A stretch of DNA of 64,000 nt, taken from an uncultured bacterium (lineage in GTDB: Bacteria; Armatimonadota; Abditibacteriia; Abditibacteriales; Abditibacteriaceae). Below are positions 10,401 through 20,451 of this stretch, in pieces (position 1 is the first letter of the stretch; each line of letters begins with the position of its first letter). Location of the stretch: the NCBI GenBank assembly GCA_963843795.1, contig CAWJLW010000006.1, positions 1,860,001-1,924,000 on the forward strand, in the 5' to 3' direction. Below the pieces are notes generated by a model. It had not been told where the DNA came from. It saw only the letters and a program-made list of their open reading frames with translations, and ran no database searches. Position numbers and translations under genes: made by a program.

Positions 10401-13400
10401 TGAGCGTGCGCAATCGCGCACAAGCGCTGAATGCTTTCGATGTCGCGTGGGATTTTTCTCTCGCCCGCGGGCGCATCACAGCACTCGATGCTTCGAGGCG
10501 CGCGCCCGAACGCGGACAAAACTATTTGCTGGCCGGCGAACACACTTTCGACGTCGCTTCAGCGACGCTCAGTGGTGCGGGACTGGCGCGCATTGGAGCG
10601 AACAACGCGGTTTCGTTTGCGGGTCGCACCAGCCTCAACGCGGCGCGCGCAGCGGTTTTCGTGCGCGCGCCCTTTGGAAAGACAAACGGCAATCGCGATG
10701 CTGTCCTGCCCGCGCTGCCGATTTGGCTGAATGGAACTTCGGTCGCCAATGTGCAAGTACCTGCACAAGGCGAAGTGCGCTTGGCACGCGGCCAAACTCC
10801 GCAGGCCGATCTCAGCGGCGCACTCCGCATCGCGCGCACTAAATTACCAATTTTGCCTTCAGCGCGCGGCACCAGTGCCACACAAAACGCCACGACGCCG
10901 ATTATCGAAAACGTGCGTGTAGCGTTTGGAGAAGTGAATTCTGCCAACACGCTGGTCGATTTGTCGCGCATCGAAGCGCAAATCGCGGGCGGCACTCTTG
11001 AAGGCAGCGCACGTTTTCAGCGCGATGGTCTGGTCGCCGCGCAATTCCTTAGCTCGGACGTTAATCTGGCGCGCGTGCAAAATTGGCTGGGCGATGATTT
11101 GGCGGCCTGGACGCGCGGGGCCAACGCAGTCAGTGCCCCGAATACCTTAGCTGATAAATGGCCGCAATTGCGCGGGCGGGCTTTCGCGCGCGCACAGGTT
11201 TCGGGACGTTGGCCGCAATTGCAAACCGATGTGCAGTGGCGCTTGCTCGATGGCGGCTTGAACGGCATTTTCAATGGGAAAAATCTCGATGTGCCGCTCG
11301 ATTTGGCGCGAGGTGCCATCAGCACGCAGGTTCCCGCTTTACGCGAAATCAGTCTGCGCGATGTCACGCTATGGAGTGAAGGCGGACGTTTCTGGGTTGA
11401 TGGTGAAGTTAAGCGCCGCGACAACAGTTTTGCTTTGGATGCGCTGGATGTAAATCTTCGCACCCGCGCCAACAATTTGCCTCTGCAACTGGCGGCGTTG
11501 TGGCCAGGCGTGCGTCAGCAAGTACAACAAGCCGATTTGCAAGGTTTGGCGAGTGCAGAACTGGAAGTCAGTGGCGCTGCCCTTAATCCTTTAGTCAAAG
11601 GCCGCACCGCGCTGCGATTGGGGCGCGTTTTTGGTTTATCCATCGAAGAAATTACCGCTGATCTCAGCGCCGTGCCCGCGCCAGGTGGCCCGCAAGTTAC
11701 TTGCGGGTAATATTTCAGGACGCGTTGAAGGCGCGCCGGTCGGCGGGCGTTTGGAAGCGGACATTGGGCGCAATTTTTGGCAATTGCGTTTTAACGCACA
11801 AGAGTTACCCTCAGCGCGGCTGGCTCAGGTCGCAGACAACGTGCCTGACGCTCTGCGCAGCAAGCTCGATATTCCAACAGAGCGCATCGGCGTCGTGCCT
11901 TTGCGCGGTCAGTTCAGCGCCGACATTGCCCTCACCGGCACGCTTTTCAACGCCGACAATCGCTTTGTACCGATGCCGGTAAGCGGCAACGCTTCGTTGG
12001 AAACCGATGCTTTGCGCTGGCGCGGTCGTCCCGTCGGCACGGTCACGGCAGATTTGGCGCTGGAAGACAACGCGCTGCAAATCGCGGGTATTCAACTGTG
12101 GCGCACTTCCGCCGATGCGCCCGCGCGCGATTTGTTGGCACAGGCCGGAACTGTTGAAGCGCCGCCCAACGATGAAGGCTTGAACGCATCATTGGTGCGC
12201 CTGAGCGGCACAATTCCGCTCAGTTCCAACGCCCCGGGCTTGCAGGTGCGGCTGGTTTCGGAAGATGCTCAGGTCACAACTCTGGTGCAAACCGCTGAAG
12301 AAGTCGTGACTTACTTGCAGGAACGCGGCGGTGCAGAAATCGAAACGAGAAAGTCGCTATTGGAAAGCGTGCAGAAAAACCTCGAGGCTCTGCCACCCGA
12401 TTTGACGGGCCGCGTGGCATTGGAAGCGCGTTTGACTGGCAGTATCGCCACGCCCGATGTCGAAGTGGATCGTTTAGTTTTGCGCGATGCGTCGTTTGGC
12501 TACGAAGGCGGTGTGCAACTGCTGCCAACTGTCGATGCCGCTTTCAATTACAGCGGAGCGGAAAAAGCCGTCACGATTGAAAAAGCCGAAGTCATTCTCA
12601 CAGAAGCCGTACCCGCAACATCAATTCTCCCGACCACAACAAGCGCGCAAACCATAGCGCAGCCTCTGGCAACGACCACAACAGCCGATCCAGTCACCAC
12701 AGTTTTGCGTTTGGATAAAGGTGGGCGTATCGAACTTGATGGCACGATTCGCATCGACGGCGAACTGCGCGACGGTAATTTGCGCCGTTTGGCGCGTTAC
12801 GTTCCCTCGCTGCGCGCGATTGATGGCACGCCCATCGCCGCCGGGCGCATCGAGAAATTCGATTTCGCAGCGCGCGGCGCGATTTTCAGCCCGACCGTTA
12901 CCGGCCAACTTATCGCCGATGATTTGAAGTATCAAGAAAACACTGTGGATCGTTTGGAAGTGCGCAATTTCCGTATCGGTGATGGCGAATTCACGATTAA
13001 CCAGGGCGATTTGCAGTTAGTTAAGGGCGATTTTCGCTCGGCTTCGGCGCTGGTGCAAATTCCATGGACGTGGGGCGGCGATGGCGAACTGCCCGGCCCG
13101 CGCGCCGAAGCTCAGATTCGCATCGCGGTGCCGATTGAAGAAAGCAATTTCGGTGCGCTGGCAGGCATTTTAGTACCTACACTTTTAAAAGCCGACGCGG
13201 ATGCTTTTGATGGCAATGTGGAAATCGGCGGCACAATTCAAGCGCCGAAACTGTCAGGCCGCGTTCATCTGCAAAACGCGCGCTTTCAGTTCGCGCCCAA
13301 TGCTCTGCCCTTCGATGCCGGCTTGAACAAAGTTTCGGGCACGGTTTCGTTTGTGGATGGCAATCGATTGGTCATCGCGCCCGACGATTTTCTGCGCGGC

Positions 13401-15503
13401 GAAATCGTTTCCGCCTCGAAAATCAAAGCCAACGACACTGGCAACCCCACAGTCGATGCGAAAACCAAAAAGTCTAAATTGCCCAAGAAAAAAGATGAGG
13501 TCGAATTGGGCGGCGAATTCTCGTTGCGCGGCGGTGCCGTTTTCGATTTAACGGCGCAAGTACTTGCACAACCGGTGCAAACCTTGGCCACACATTTTTA
13601 CGACCTGACTTTTTCTCTGCGCAATGCCCAACTCGGCACGCGCGATTTTTCCGGAATGCGCGATGCCAATTTGGGCATCATCTGGAAAACACGCGGCACC
13701 AATGCTCGAGTTGGACAGCGCGTGCGCTGGATGATGACAGCGCGCGATAACGTGAAAAATCGCGCTAAATCTAAAAATCCGACAAGTTTCGCTGTCGATG
13801 GCGCGCTTTATTCCTATGGCGCGCTCGATTTGCGTCCCGATTTCCCCACCGGCCTTGAAGCCATTGGTAAAAGTCAGATGCAGCCATTGACCGATCTCAG
13901 TGGTTTTGAAACCCTCAATGTCACCAACCAGCTGGCCGCACTACTCGGACAATCACAACCAACTCTAAAGACAGAGAACGCAACGTCTTCAGTTACGACA
14001 TCGGCTCCGGCCTCAATTATTTTGCGCGATACACGTCCGCAGTTCACCATGGCGCGCTGGAACTGGACGCTGCGCAATTTCGGGCGCGGAGTGTTCAATG
14101 GTCAGCTCATTTTCGATAACGCGCGCCCAACACCAATCGTCACGCCCACCCGTCAAACCCTTGCGCGCCGCCTGCGCGAAAATTTGCCGCCACAATCCAG
14201 CTTGCTCGAACCCAAAACTACGCTTGCTGAAGATGCGGACACAAGCGCGTCGATTTTGAGCGAAATCAATCGTGATCTCGATGCAAATCGACTCGAAGGC
14301 AACGCGAGCGTATGGAAAATCGACAGCGTGAAAGTCAAGCAGCTTAATCCCGCGTCGCAGACTTCAAATGATGGAGCGACAGTTCAGTCCACCAGCGATT
14401 TTTCGATCAGCAATGCGATTTCAAGCAACGATGCGAAATGGCGCGAGAAAATTGGTTCAACACCCGTCACCGCGCCGCCCGCCAGCTTTTTACGCGTGCA
14501 AAATGGTGGCGAGAGCGCAAACGATAACAGTGCCGCGCTGTTGCAAACTTTGGCGACTGCGATCCCGATTCGCGTCAGCGGCGAAGTCGCGCTCGAAGAT
14601 GCGCAATTGGCTGGAACACCGCCCGCAGGTGATGCGGGCCCCGGTTTTGATTTGCCAGCGTTTCCAGTTTTGAACCTGCGCGCTGTAGTTGGGCCATCGG
14701 TGCGCATCGAAACGCCGAATTTGCGCAGCGAGGTTTCGGGCGCACTGGAATTCGCCGGAACACCGCACGATCCGTTTGTGCAAGGCACGTTTGAAACCCG
14801 TTCGGGCACGGTGCGCTTTCCCAATGCCAATGCGCGCATTCTCAACGGTGAAATCAGCGTACTGGTGACGCGCGACGTCGCGACCGACCGCTTGCGCCCC
14901 AACATTACAATCGACGCCACAGCGCGGGGTCAGGCCGGTGCTTATCAGGTCACAGTCGCGTTGCGCGGGCCATTGGATTTAGGCACAAGTTCAGCGCAAA
15001 ACTTACGCATTGATGTGTCCTCGAATCCGCCCTTATCGCAAGACGAAGCCTTTGCGCAACTTTTTGGCACGCGTGGTCGCGGCGATCTATTCGGCTCCAG
15101 CCAAAGCAATCAGGCTTATGCCCAAGCGGTGGTTTCCTTAGTTTCGGCGCCGCTGTTTTCCGGTATCGAGCGCTCGTTGGAACGCGCTCTTGGCTTAAGC
15201 AGTATCACGTTTGAATATCGCTTCAACGAAGCTTCAGCCATTCAATTGGGCAAGGCGCTGGGCAAACGGGTTTACGTGTCGTATCGGCGCAGCTTGGGCG
15301 GCGAACGTTCGAGCGCTACGGGCGCGGTCGGCGGCACCCTGATCGGTGATTCGCTGCGCATCGAGTACCGACTTAGTGGCGGCGTGCAAATCGTTTATCA
15401 GTTATCGCGCGACCAGATCGGCGCGGCTGGCGAAGGCGGTATTTCGGCGCTAAACGCACGCACTCGTAAAACGCTCTCCATCGAAAAAACCTGGCGCTTT
15501 TAA
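7466..15503 (+). CDS. tamB: Giant TamB/AsmA-like (DUF490) protein, split by a +1 frameshift at ~11697
   Basis: N-terminal TM anchor, long beta-rich body, C-terminal TamB-like region (GTPHDPFVQG, SSNPPLSQDE, QLGKALGKRVYVSY). Removing one T in GCAAGTTACTTGC joins ORFs 7466-11710 and 11631-15503 (...GGPQVLAGNISGRVEG...). Confidence 0.8.
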
Positions 15504-15897
15504 AAATTTTCCTTAAAAAATTACCTGCGCCTAATAAAAATGAACCCGATATGTAAACTGCCGTCTACAGCGGCCAACAAGGACCCGATTTTCGTTTCTG
15601 TTGTGATGAAGTTGAGATGAAGTTGAGAAATTTCTTATCGCATTCACTCTTGAATTCAGATATAAGTACTTGGTAGGCAAAGTTGAGTTCGATAATTTGC
15701 GATTTTGGGAACTCTGCAAGTACTTGCCACAACTTTCTGAATCCTCAGTTCGCGCCTTTTTCCATCAAAACCCCGGTGCAAGTACTTGCCGGGGCTTTTG
15801 TAGCAAATAACGCCAATTCTTGAAGGCTTCAGTTGGTTTTCGGCCATTGAAGTTGTCCGTTAGATAGTTGTTCGTTTTCAGCAGTTACGAGGTTTTT

Positions 15898-16605
15898 ATG
15901 AGCTTTTTTTCACGTCCTGCACCCCGCTCCGCGCAACCGGAAATCGTTTCGGAAACGCCATCTGTTTTGCCCGCCGAAGCGGTGAGCTTTGAAGAAATCG
16001 TGACACGCTATCACGGCAAAGTTTTTCAGCTCGTTTATCGCTATACCAACGATTACGAAGCCTCGTGCGACCTGACGCAGGACACTTTTGTGCGCGCGTA
16101 TGGTGCGTGGAACGAATTTCGTGGCGATTCGCAAATTTACACCTGGCTTTATCGCATTGCCATTAACTTGTGCCACAATCATCAGAAAAAAATGCGGCGG
16201 CGCAATCAGGCCGAGCGCTACTGGATCGATGCGCCGAATGAGAACGGCGAGGGCGGCGAAGGTTTTCAAATTGCTGACGAACGACCCTTGCCCGCGCAAC
16301 TTACCGAAAGTGCCGAAGTGCGCGTGCGTTTGCGCGAAGTGCTGGCCGAATTGCCCGACAATTATCGCACTGTCATTGTGTTACGCGACATCGAAGGTTT
16401 GTCTTACGAAGAAATCGCGCGTATCACCGATTCAACGCTCGAAGCCATCAAGAGCCGTTTATTTCGGGCCCGCAACACGATTCGTCGTTTGATGGAGCCG
16501 TATATGAACGAACCGCTCAGTCCGCTGCACAACATGGACACACTTCCCAATCATGTCGGCTCCGATTCCAAACGTGCTGCATTGAAATCTTCGCGCTCGA
16601 AATGA
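15898..16605 (+). CDS. ECF sigma-70 factor (RpoE/SigW-like)
   Basis: DLTQDTFVRAY, TWLYRIAINLC, LRDIEGLSYEEIA...KSRLFRAR. Confidence 0.93.
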   Translation: MSFFSRPAPRSAQPEIVSETPSVLPAEAVSFEEIVTRYHGKVFQLVYRYTNDYEASCDLTQDTFVRAYGAWNEFRGDSQIYTWLYRIAINLCHNHQKKMRRRNQAERYWIDAPNENGEGGEGFQIADERPLPAQLTESAEVRVRLREVLAELPDNYRTVIVLRDIEGLSYEEIARITDSTLEAIKSRLFRARNTIRRLMEPYMNEPLSPLHNMDTLPNHVGSDSKRAALKSSRSK

Positions 16606-16670
16606 GCTACAGCGTGGCGCAATCGCAGGTTCATAAAACTGATTTGAACTCTGTCCCAAATCTATCGTTC

Positions 16671-16706
16671 ACGGCTCGCATCTTTCAAAGATGCGAGCCG
16701 TTTTTC
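16671..16706 (+). terminator. Intrinsic terminator after ECF sigma gene
   Basis: ACGGCTCGCATCTTT-C-AAAGATGCGAGCCGT hairpin followed by a T tract. Confidence 0.75.
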
Positions 16707-16899
16707 TATGTCGCGAGAGCCGTTGCAAATGGTCACTTTCCAAATTGCCGTAAGGTTATCGTTGTGAGATAAATTTCGGTTAGATTCTGCACTATGCGGC
16801 GCAATCTTTATATAATGATTGCGATTGCTTCGGGTCGCAGTTCGCACCCGTAGGGTTCATTTGAAGTTCAAACGTTCGTCTTTGGAGGTCGCACCCGGC

Positions 16900-19119
16900 A
16901 TGAACCGGTTCCACCATTTCATTGCAGCATTTCAGTCCATTTCTCAGCCTTTTTCTCAGCCCATGACATCTTCATTTCGCTTTCTTCACCGCCAGTTCGC
17001 TCATCCGGTCGTTCCCCAGCGCCCGCAAGTACTTGCAACACGCCAGACCGCGATTTCTACTTTGTGCGTGGGCACTTTTCTCGTATGGAGCGCATACGCA
17101 CCCGCGGCTCATGCACAGAATGTAGCGAATGCCGGCAGTAAAGCGCGCGTTCGGGTGGCGCAAGCGCAAACCAACAAACCGGGGGCGGATGCCAACCCCG
17201 CAGATAGTAAAAAGCCCGGTGATGTCGGCGAACCAGAAGGCTTAGAAGTGCCGGTTGGCCCCAAAGACGAAACGCCCAATCCCGACCCGAATTTGCCTGT
17301 GCCCGAAAAGCCAGCGACGCCCACAAATCTCGACACTCCAACGCCGGGCACCGATGGCGTCAGTGTTTTGAATCCGCCCGTTCCCGGTGGCGAAACGCCG
17401 CCGACACCGGGTGGTTTGCGCGCCTCTGAAGCCGAAGGTTTGGAGATTGCCGATGTGCGCGTGGTCGGCAATCGCGTCGTGCCCGCACAAAGCGTTTTGC
17501 TGCAAGCCACCACGCGTCGTGGCGCAGCGTTTTCAACGCTTCAAGTCGACCGCGACCGCGCCAAGATCGACGCTCTGGGCTTTTTTGCCAGCGTACAATA
17601 TCAAGTCACACCGAACTTGGATGACCCGAAGAAAGTGGATTTGACTTTCATCGTGGTGGAGAACCGCGTCGTGAACGGTTTCGCGTTTCAAAGCGCCGAC
17701 CCCTCCACGCCGCTGCGCGTTAAAGACGAAGATTTAATTACGGTGCTGGAAACCAAAACGGGCGCGCTTCTCAATCGCAATACGCTCAACGCCGATGTGA
17801 AGCGCATTCAGGATTTGTTCAAGGAGCGCGGCTATGCGGTCTTAGTACTGGACGCCAAGCAAGGCACCGATGGCATCGTGGTTTTCAACGTTCAACAGGC
17901 GCGCATTTCGCGTGTGGAGCTGGCTGGATTGAGCAAAACCAAACCGTCGATTGTGCGTAAGCAATTGCGCGTGAAGTCGGGCGATATTTTTGACCAGGTG
18001 CTGCTGCGTCGCGACCTCAACCGCATCTACGATCTGGGCTTTTTCGATGACGTAACTTATAAAGTCGAGGATGATCCGGAAAAGCCCGCTTCGCTGATTC
18101 TCACTATCACGCTCAAAGAAAAGCGCACCGGACAGTTCACTTTTGGTTTGGGCTTCGATTCGCGTTCGAAATTGACCGGCTTCGTTACGCTGGCCGAAAA
18201 CAATCTGCGCGGCACGGGCAAGCGCGTTTACGGTTCGGTCGAAGCGGGCGCGCAGCAAACTTTTGATGTCGGTTACGGCGATCCTTTTGTCGGCAAGAAC
18301 AACGCCAGCTACGACATCAATCTGTTTAGTCGCCGCGTTTATCGCGAGCCGCGTCTGGTATCGATTGTGACCGGCACGCCAACCACAAATACGGTGTATT
18401 ACCAAGAGCAACGCACTGGCGGACGCTTGAATTATTCGGTGCCCCTCGACCTTAATCGCACCAAGAAGTACTTGCTGGGCTATCGTAACGAGCGCGCCAG
18501 CTTGCAACAGACCGATTTGAACGGCAATACAACGCCGGTAGTTTCGTTGCAAGATGCCGGTCGCATCGCGGCGTTTTCGGCTGGTTTTCTGCGCGACCGG
18601 CGCGATTTACAGCTTGATCCCAGTCGCGGCGGACGCGAACAAATTCTAGTCGAAAAAGCAGCCAGCTTCTTTGGCGGCAACCAGAGCTTCACCAAAATCG
18701 ATCTCGATGTGCGTCGTTATTTTCCCGTCATCGGGCCGGAAAAAGTTGGCGAATTGCCCAAGCTGGTGCTGGCCAATCGCTTCGTCGTCGGCCAATCGTT
18801 TGGTCAATTGCCACCATTTGAGCAATATTTCGTGGGCGGAAGTGAAACCGTGCGCGGCTACGATGTCGATGCCCAGTTAGGCGATAATCAGGTTTATAAC
18901 AACTTAGAGCTACGGTATCGCTTCCAGAAGAAGCTGACCGTAGTCGGCTTTATCGATGCCGGTCGCGCGAGTGGTGGCCGCTTCGCCAACGACGATTCGG
19001 TGCTGTATTCAATTGGCGCCGGTGTGCGCTTGCAAACGCCAATTGGCCCGATTCGCTTCGATGTCGGCTTTGGTCGCGATGGTGCACGAACTCACTTCGG
19101 CATCGGCCCCACGTTCTAA
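16900..19119 (+). CDS. bamA: Omp85/BamA-family outer-membrane protein with POTRA domains
   Basis: About 3 POTRA repeats, GGSETVRGY motif, TPIGPIRFD, C-terminal Phe; GGAGG upstream of ATG 16900. Confidence 0.88.
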   Translation: MNRFHHFIAAFQSISQPFSQPMTSSFRFLHRQFAHPVVPQRPQVLATRQTAISTLCVGTFLVWSAYAPAAHAQNVANAGSKARVRVAQAQTNKPGADANPADSKKPGDVGEPEGLEVPVGPKDETPNPDPNLPVPEKPATPTNLDTPTPGTDGVSVLNPPVPGGETPPTPGGLRASEAEGLEIADVRVVGNRVVPAQSVLLQATTRRGAAFSTLQVDRDRAKIDALGFFASVQYQVTPNLDDPKKVDLTFIVVENRVVNGFAFQSADPSTPLRVKDEDLITVLETKTGALLNRNTLNADVKRIQDLFKERGYAVLVLDAKQGTDGIVVFNVQQARISRVELAGLSKTKPSIVRKQLRVKSGDIFDQVLLRRDLNRIYDLGFFDDVTYKVEDDPEKPASLILTITLKEKRTGQFTFGLGFDSRSKLTGFVTLAENNLRGTGKRVYGSVEAGAQQTFDVGYGDPFVGKNNASYDINLFSRRVYREPRLVSIVTGTPTTNTVYYQEQRTGGRLNYSVPLDLNRTKKYLLGYRNERASLQQTDLNGNTTPVVSLQDAGRIAAFSAGFLRDRRDLQLDPSRGGREQILVEKAASFFGGNQSFTKIDLDVRRYFPVIGPEKVGELPKLVLANRFVVGQSFGQLPPFEQYFVGGSETVRGYDVDAQLGDNQVYNNLELRYRFQKKLTVVGFIDAGRASGGRFANDDSVLYSIGAGVRLQTPIGPIRFDVGFGRDGARTHFGIGPTF

Positions 19120-19132
19120 ATCCAAGCTCGTA

Positions 19133-19164
19133 AAATGCCCTTGCAAGTACTTGCAAGGGCATTT
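19133..19164. terminator. Palindrome-cored hairpin terminator after bamA
   Basis: Perfect 32-bp palindrome AAATGCCCTTGCAAGTACTTGCAAGGGCATTT. Confidence 0.75.
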
Positions 19165-19170
19165 CTACAA

Positions 19171-19210
19171 AAAACGCCGCGCGAATCTGCAATGATTCGC
19201 GCGGCGTTTT
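19171..19210. terminator. Terminator hairpin downstream of ppa (minus strand)
   Basis: AAAACGCCGCGCGAATC-N6-GATTCGCGCGGCGTTTT. Confidence 0.7.
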
Positions 19211-19247
19211 GAATTCAGAATCAGGGTTTTGGATTCAGAATCAGGGT

Positions 19248-20171
19248 TTAGGCTTGATCGTCTTTCCCATCGTCGTGACGCGGCGCGTGCGCTTCAAGCG
19301 TGCGCTGATCGAAAGTAATGCGCTCCATCGGCGGACGCGCAGCGGGTTTCCATTCTTTAACCGGAAAACGTTCAACAAAAATTTCGTCCAGTGGCTCTGC
19401 ATCTTTTGGCTTGCCATCTTGAAAGCTTTTGTCAGAATTTTCATTCTGGTTTTCGATTTCGACATCCATCTGGATGTTGTGCGCAGTTTCGCCGTTAGAT
19501 TCCACTTCAGCTTGATTGTCTAAACGCGCGGCGGCGCGGCGATGAGCGGCCACGCGCGCGGCGGGCGAAACCGTACGACCGCCACCTCGCTGTTCGAGCA
19601 GTTCGGAGTGCAAAACCGGAGCGTCGGCGCGCTTGCTCCCATCGGCATAGAACGACGCGGTGTAAAGCTCCAAACTTTTCACGATGATTTGCTGGGCTTC
19701 TTTCAAACCCAAAAAGCGCTCGATGCGCACTTTTTTGTGTTCGAGGATTTTGTAATCTTCGAAAAAGCGCTGTAATTCGTTGAGCGTGTGTTCGGGTAGC
19801 TGATGAATGTCTTGAAGATGACTAACGGCGGGATCGTTTTCGTGAATGGCGATAATTTTATCGTCTTCTTCGTTTTGATCGAGCATTTGCATCACGCCAA
19901 TCGGGCGCGCGGTGAGAATACACATCGGCACGACCTGCTCCTGCCCCAGCACCAGAATGTCCAACGGGTCGCGGTCGTCACAATAGGTTTGGGGAATGAA
20001 CCCGTAGTTGGCGGGATAAAAAACTGCCGAATAAAGCACGCGATCGAGACGTAGCAGACCACTTTTTTTGTCCAGTTCGTATTTGTTGCGACTGCCTCGC
20101 GGCACTTCGATAATACAATCGACAAGTTCCGGTGCCTGTTGACCAGGCGTGACATCGTGCCAGGGATTCAT
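19248..20171 (-). CDS. ppa: Family I inorganic pyrophosphatase with C-terminal extension
   Basis: [43 protein letters not shown]. Confidence 0.93.
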   Translation of the reverse strand: MNPWHDVTPGQQAPELVDCIIEVPRGSRNKYELDKKSGLLRLDRVLYSAVFYPANYGFIPQTYCDDRDPLDILVLGQEQVVPMCILTARPIGVMQMLDQNEEDDKIIAIHENDPAVSHLQDIHQLPEHTLNELQRFFEDYKILEHKKVRIERFLGLKEAQQIIVKSLELYTASFYADGSKRADAPVLHSELLEQRGGGRTVSPAARVAAHRRAAARLDNQAEVESNGETAHNIQMDVEIENQNENSDKSFQDGKPKDAEPLDEIFVERFPVKEWKPAARPPMERITFDQRTLEAHAPRHDDGKDDQA

Positions 20172-20451
20172 AAGGTTCTACCTAATTCAATTTTCGCTTG
20201 ATTTTTCGACTGCAAGTACTTGCCACGCGGCACAAGTTCCTGCTCAACTGAGCACAGAATTTTCTGCATGTTCTGCAAGCTCGTTTCGCACGCGTTACGC
20301 GCACGCGATTTTTGCATGCACGATTTGTGCGGGCGCGACATGGCAAAAATTGTATCACATGAGCGCACGAAGTGAGCGCACATAGACCCACAAAACGGCA
20401 TTAAGTTGGGGAGACGAGACAAAGTATCGGCAAAGTTGCTACAATTTTCTC

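Noticed and set aside
19214..19249. Short direct repeat TTCAGAATCAGGGTTT x2 (similarly CGCGTTTATGCGAAAT x2 near 56627-56659)
   Set aside because: Two-copy local duplications next to terminators; no evidence of function or array structure.
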